IMG/VR virus record: IMGVR_UViG_3300007735_000552
Location: 1-26,543 of that record
Source: a virus
Lineage: Duplodnaviria; Caudoviricetes
Direction: 5' to 3' (one strand)
DNA length: 26,543 nucleotides
The notes below the pieces were generated by a model. That model searched no databases and was not told where the DNA came from. It saw nothing but the letters and a program-made list of their open reading frames with translations. Position 1 is the first letter of the stretch; every line of letters begins with the position of its first letter. Positions 25,884 to 26,543 of the stretch are shown in pieces. A program made the position numbers and the translations under genes.

Positions 25884-26203
25884 TGGGCGTCGGCCACCCC
25901 GTCGTCCCCTCGCGGGACTCTCTCGCGCGTGCGGGCCTGCGCCTCGCCGCGGTGATCCTCGTCGCCGTCGTGGCGGGGCTGCTCGCCAGCGGCTGTCCGC
26001 GCCCGCGGTTGCCCATCGTCGAAGGCTGCACCGTCGGCGCCTCGCGGTGCCGTGCGGACCGTCCGCAGGTGTGCTCGATCACGGGCCGGTGGCACGACGT
26101 GGGCGACCTCGCCTGCGCCGCCTCCGGGGCCGTGTGCGTCGAGGGTGACGCGGGCATCGCGCACTGCGCCCTCGCGACCGATGGAGGCTCCGATGTCCGG
26201 TGA
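25883..26203 (+). CDS. Cys-rich lipoprotein (possible spanin-like role)
   Basis: TGATG overlap; h-region LAAVILVAVVAGLL, lipobox LASG-C and six further Cys. Confidence 0.7.
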   Translation: MGVGHPVVPSRDSLARAGLRLAAVILVAVVAGLLASGCPRPRLPIVEGCTVGASRCRADRPQVCSITGRWHDVGDLACAASGAVCVEGDAGIAHCALATDGGSDVR

Positions 26204-26543
26204 CCTCCGCGCCGTCGCCACGACCCTGCGCCGCGAGCTCAGCGCGCGCTACCACACCGACGAGATCACGCCGCAGACGTGGTGGCTCTCGCTCTCGCGC
26301 ACGGCCCTCGGCGCGGTGGCGATGCTGCCCGCGCTCTCGTGGCTCCGCTCCGTGCTCGAGGTGCTCGACACCGAGACGGCCTCCCGCTCCGTCACGCTGC
26401 CGCAGATCGGCGGCGAGGGCGCGGTGATCGTGTACAGCACCGCCGCGCTCGCCGATCCGCTCGAGCTCATCGAGACGGTGGCCCACGAGCACGAGCACGC
26501 CCGGGTGCTGCGCGCCGATCCCGACCCCCAGGTCGCGCTGGCC
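26193..26543 (+). CDS. HExxH zinc metallopeptidase-like protein (runs off right edge)
   Basis: Absent from the ORF track. SD GGAGG then ATG 26193; MSGDLRAVATTL...IVYSTAALADPLELIETVAHEHEHAR. Confidence 0.7.
   Translation, partial: MSGDLRAVATTLRRELSARYHTDEITPQTWWLSLSRTALGAVAMLPALSWLRSVLEVLDTETASRSVTLPQIGGEGAVIVYSTAALADPLELIETVAHEHEHARVLRADPDPQVALA

Larger units (their letters stand above)
1..26543. mobile_element. Myovirus-type phage/prophage segment with Mu-like morphogenesis genes
   Basis: Contiguous packaging, head and contractile-tail gene order; no host housekeeping genes and no boundaries visible. Confidence 0.93.

Overview
This very GC-rich window holds the packaging, head, contractile-tail and probable lysis region of a tailed phage or prophage. 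The + strand order is small and large terminase, DUF935 (Mu gp29-like) portal, Mu I-like protease/scaffold, decoration protein, major capsid, neck, sheath, tube, chaperone, tape measure, DNA-circulation protein, hub, spike, wedge proteins, small beta-rich tail proteins and a membrane cassette. Cys-rich lipoproteins with Asp/Ala/Pro linkers suggest a myxobacterial host (inference). No integrase, transposase or endolysin is visible. Unusual elements: (1) a complete type II hammerhead ribozyme (415-473, minus) between two genes of a leftward operon with a good sigma70 promoter; (2) a single-domain CheY-like receiver in the lysis position, flanked by a TM/coiled-coil protein, a holin-like protein, a lipoprotein and an HExxH peptidase; (3) an antisense, probably leaderless, 23-Cys lipoprotein moron splitting the baseplate gp47/gp48 pair; (4) a -1 frameshift in the tail chaperone giving two near equal-length isoforms; (5) an extra WxLWGGDAG domain and an internal scaffold start in the protease gene. 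Family calls come from motif recognition and gene order, not database searches.
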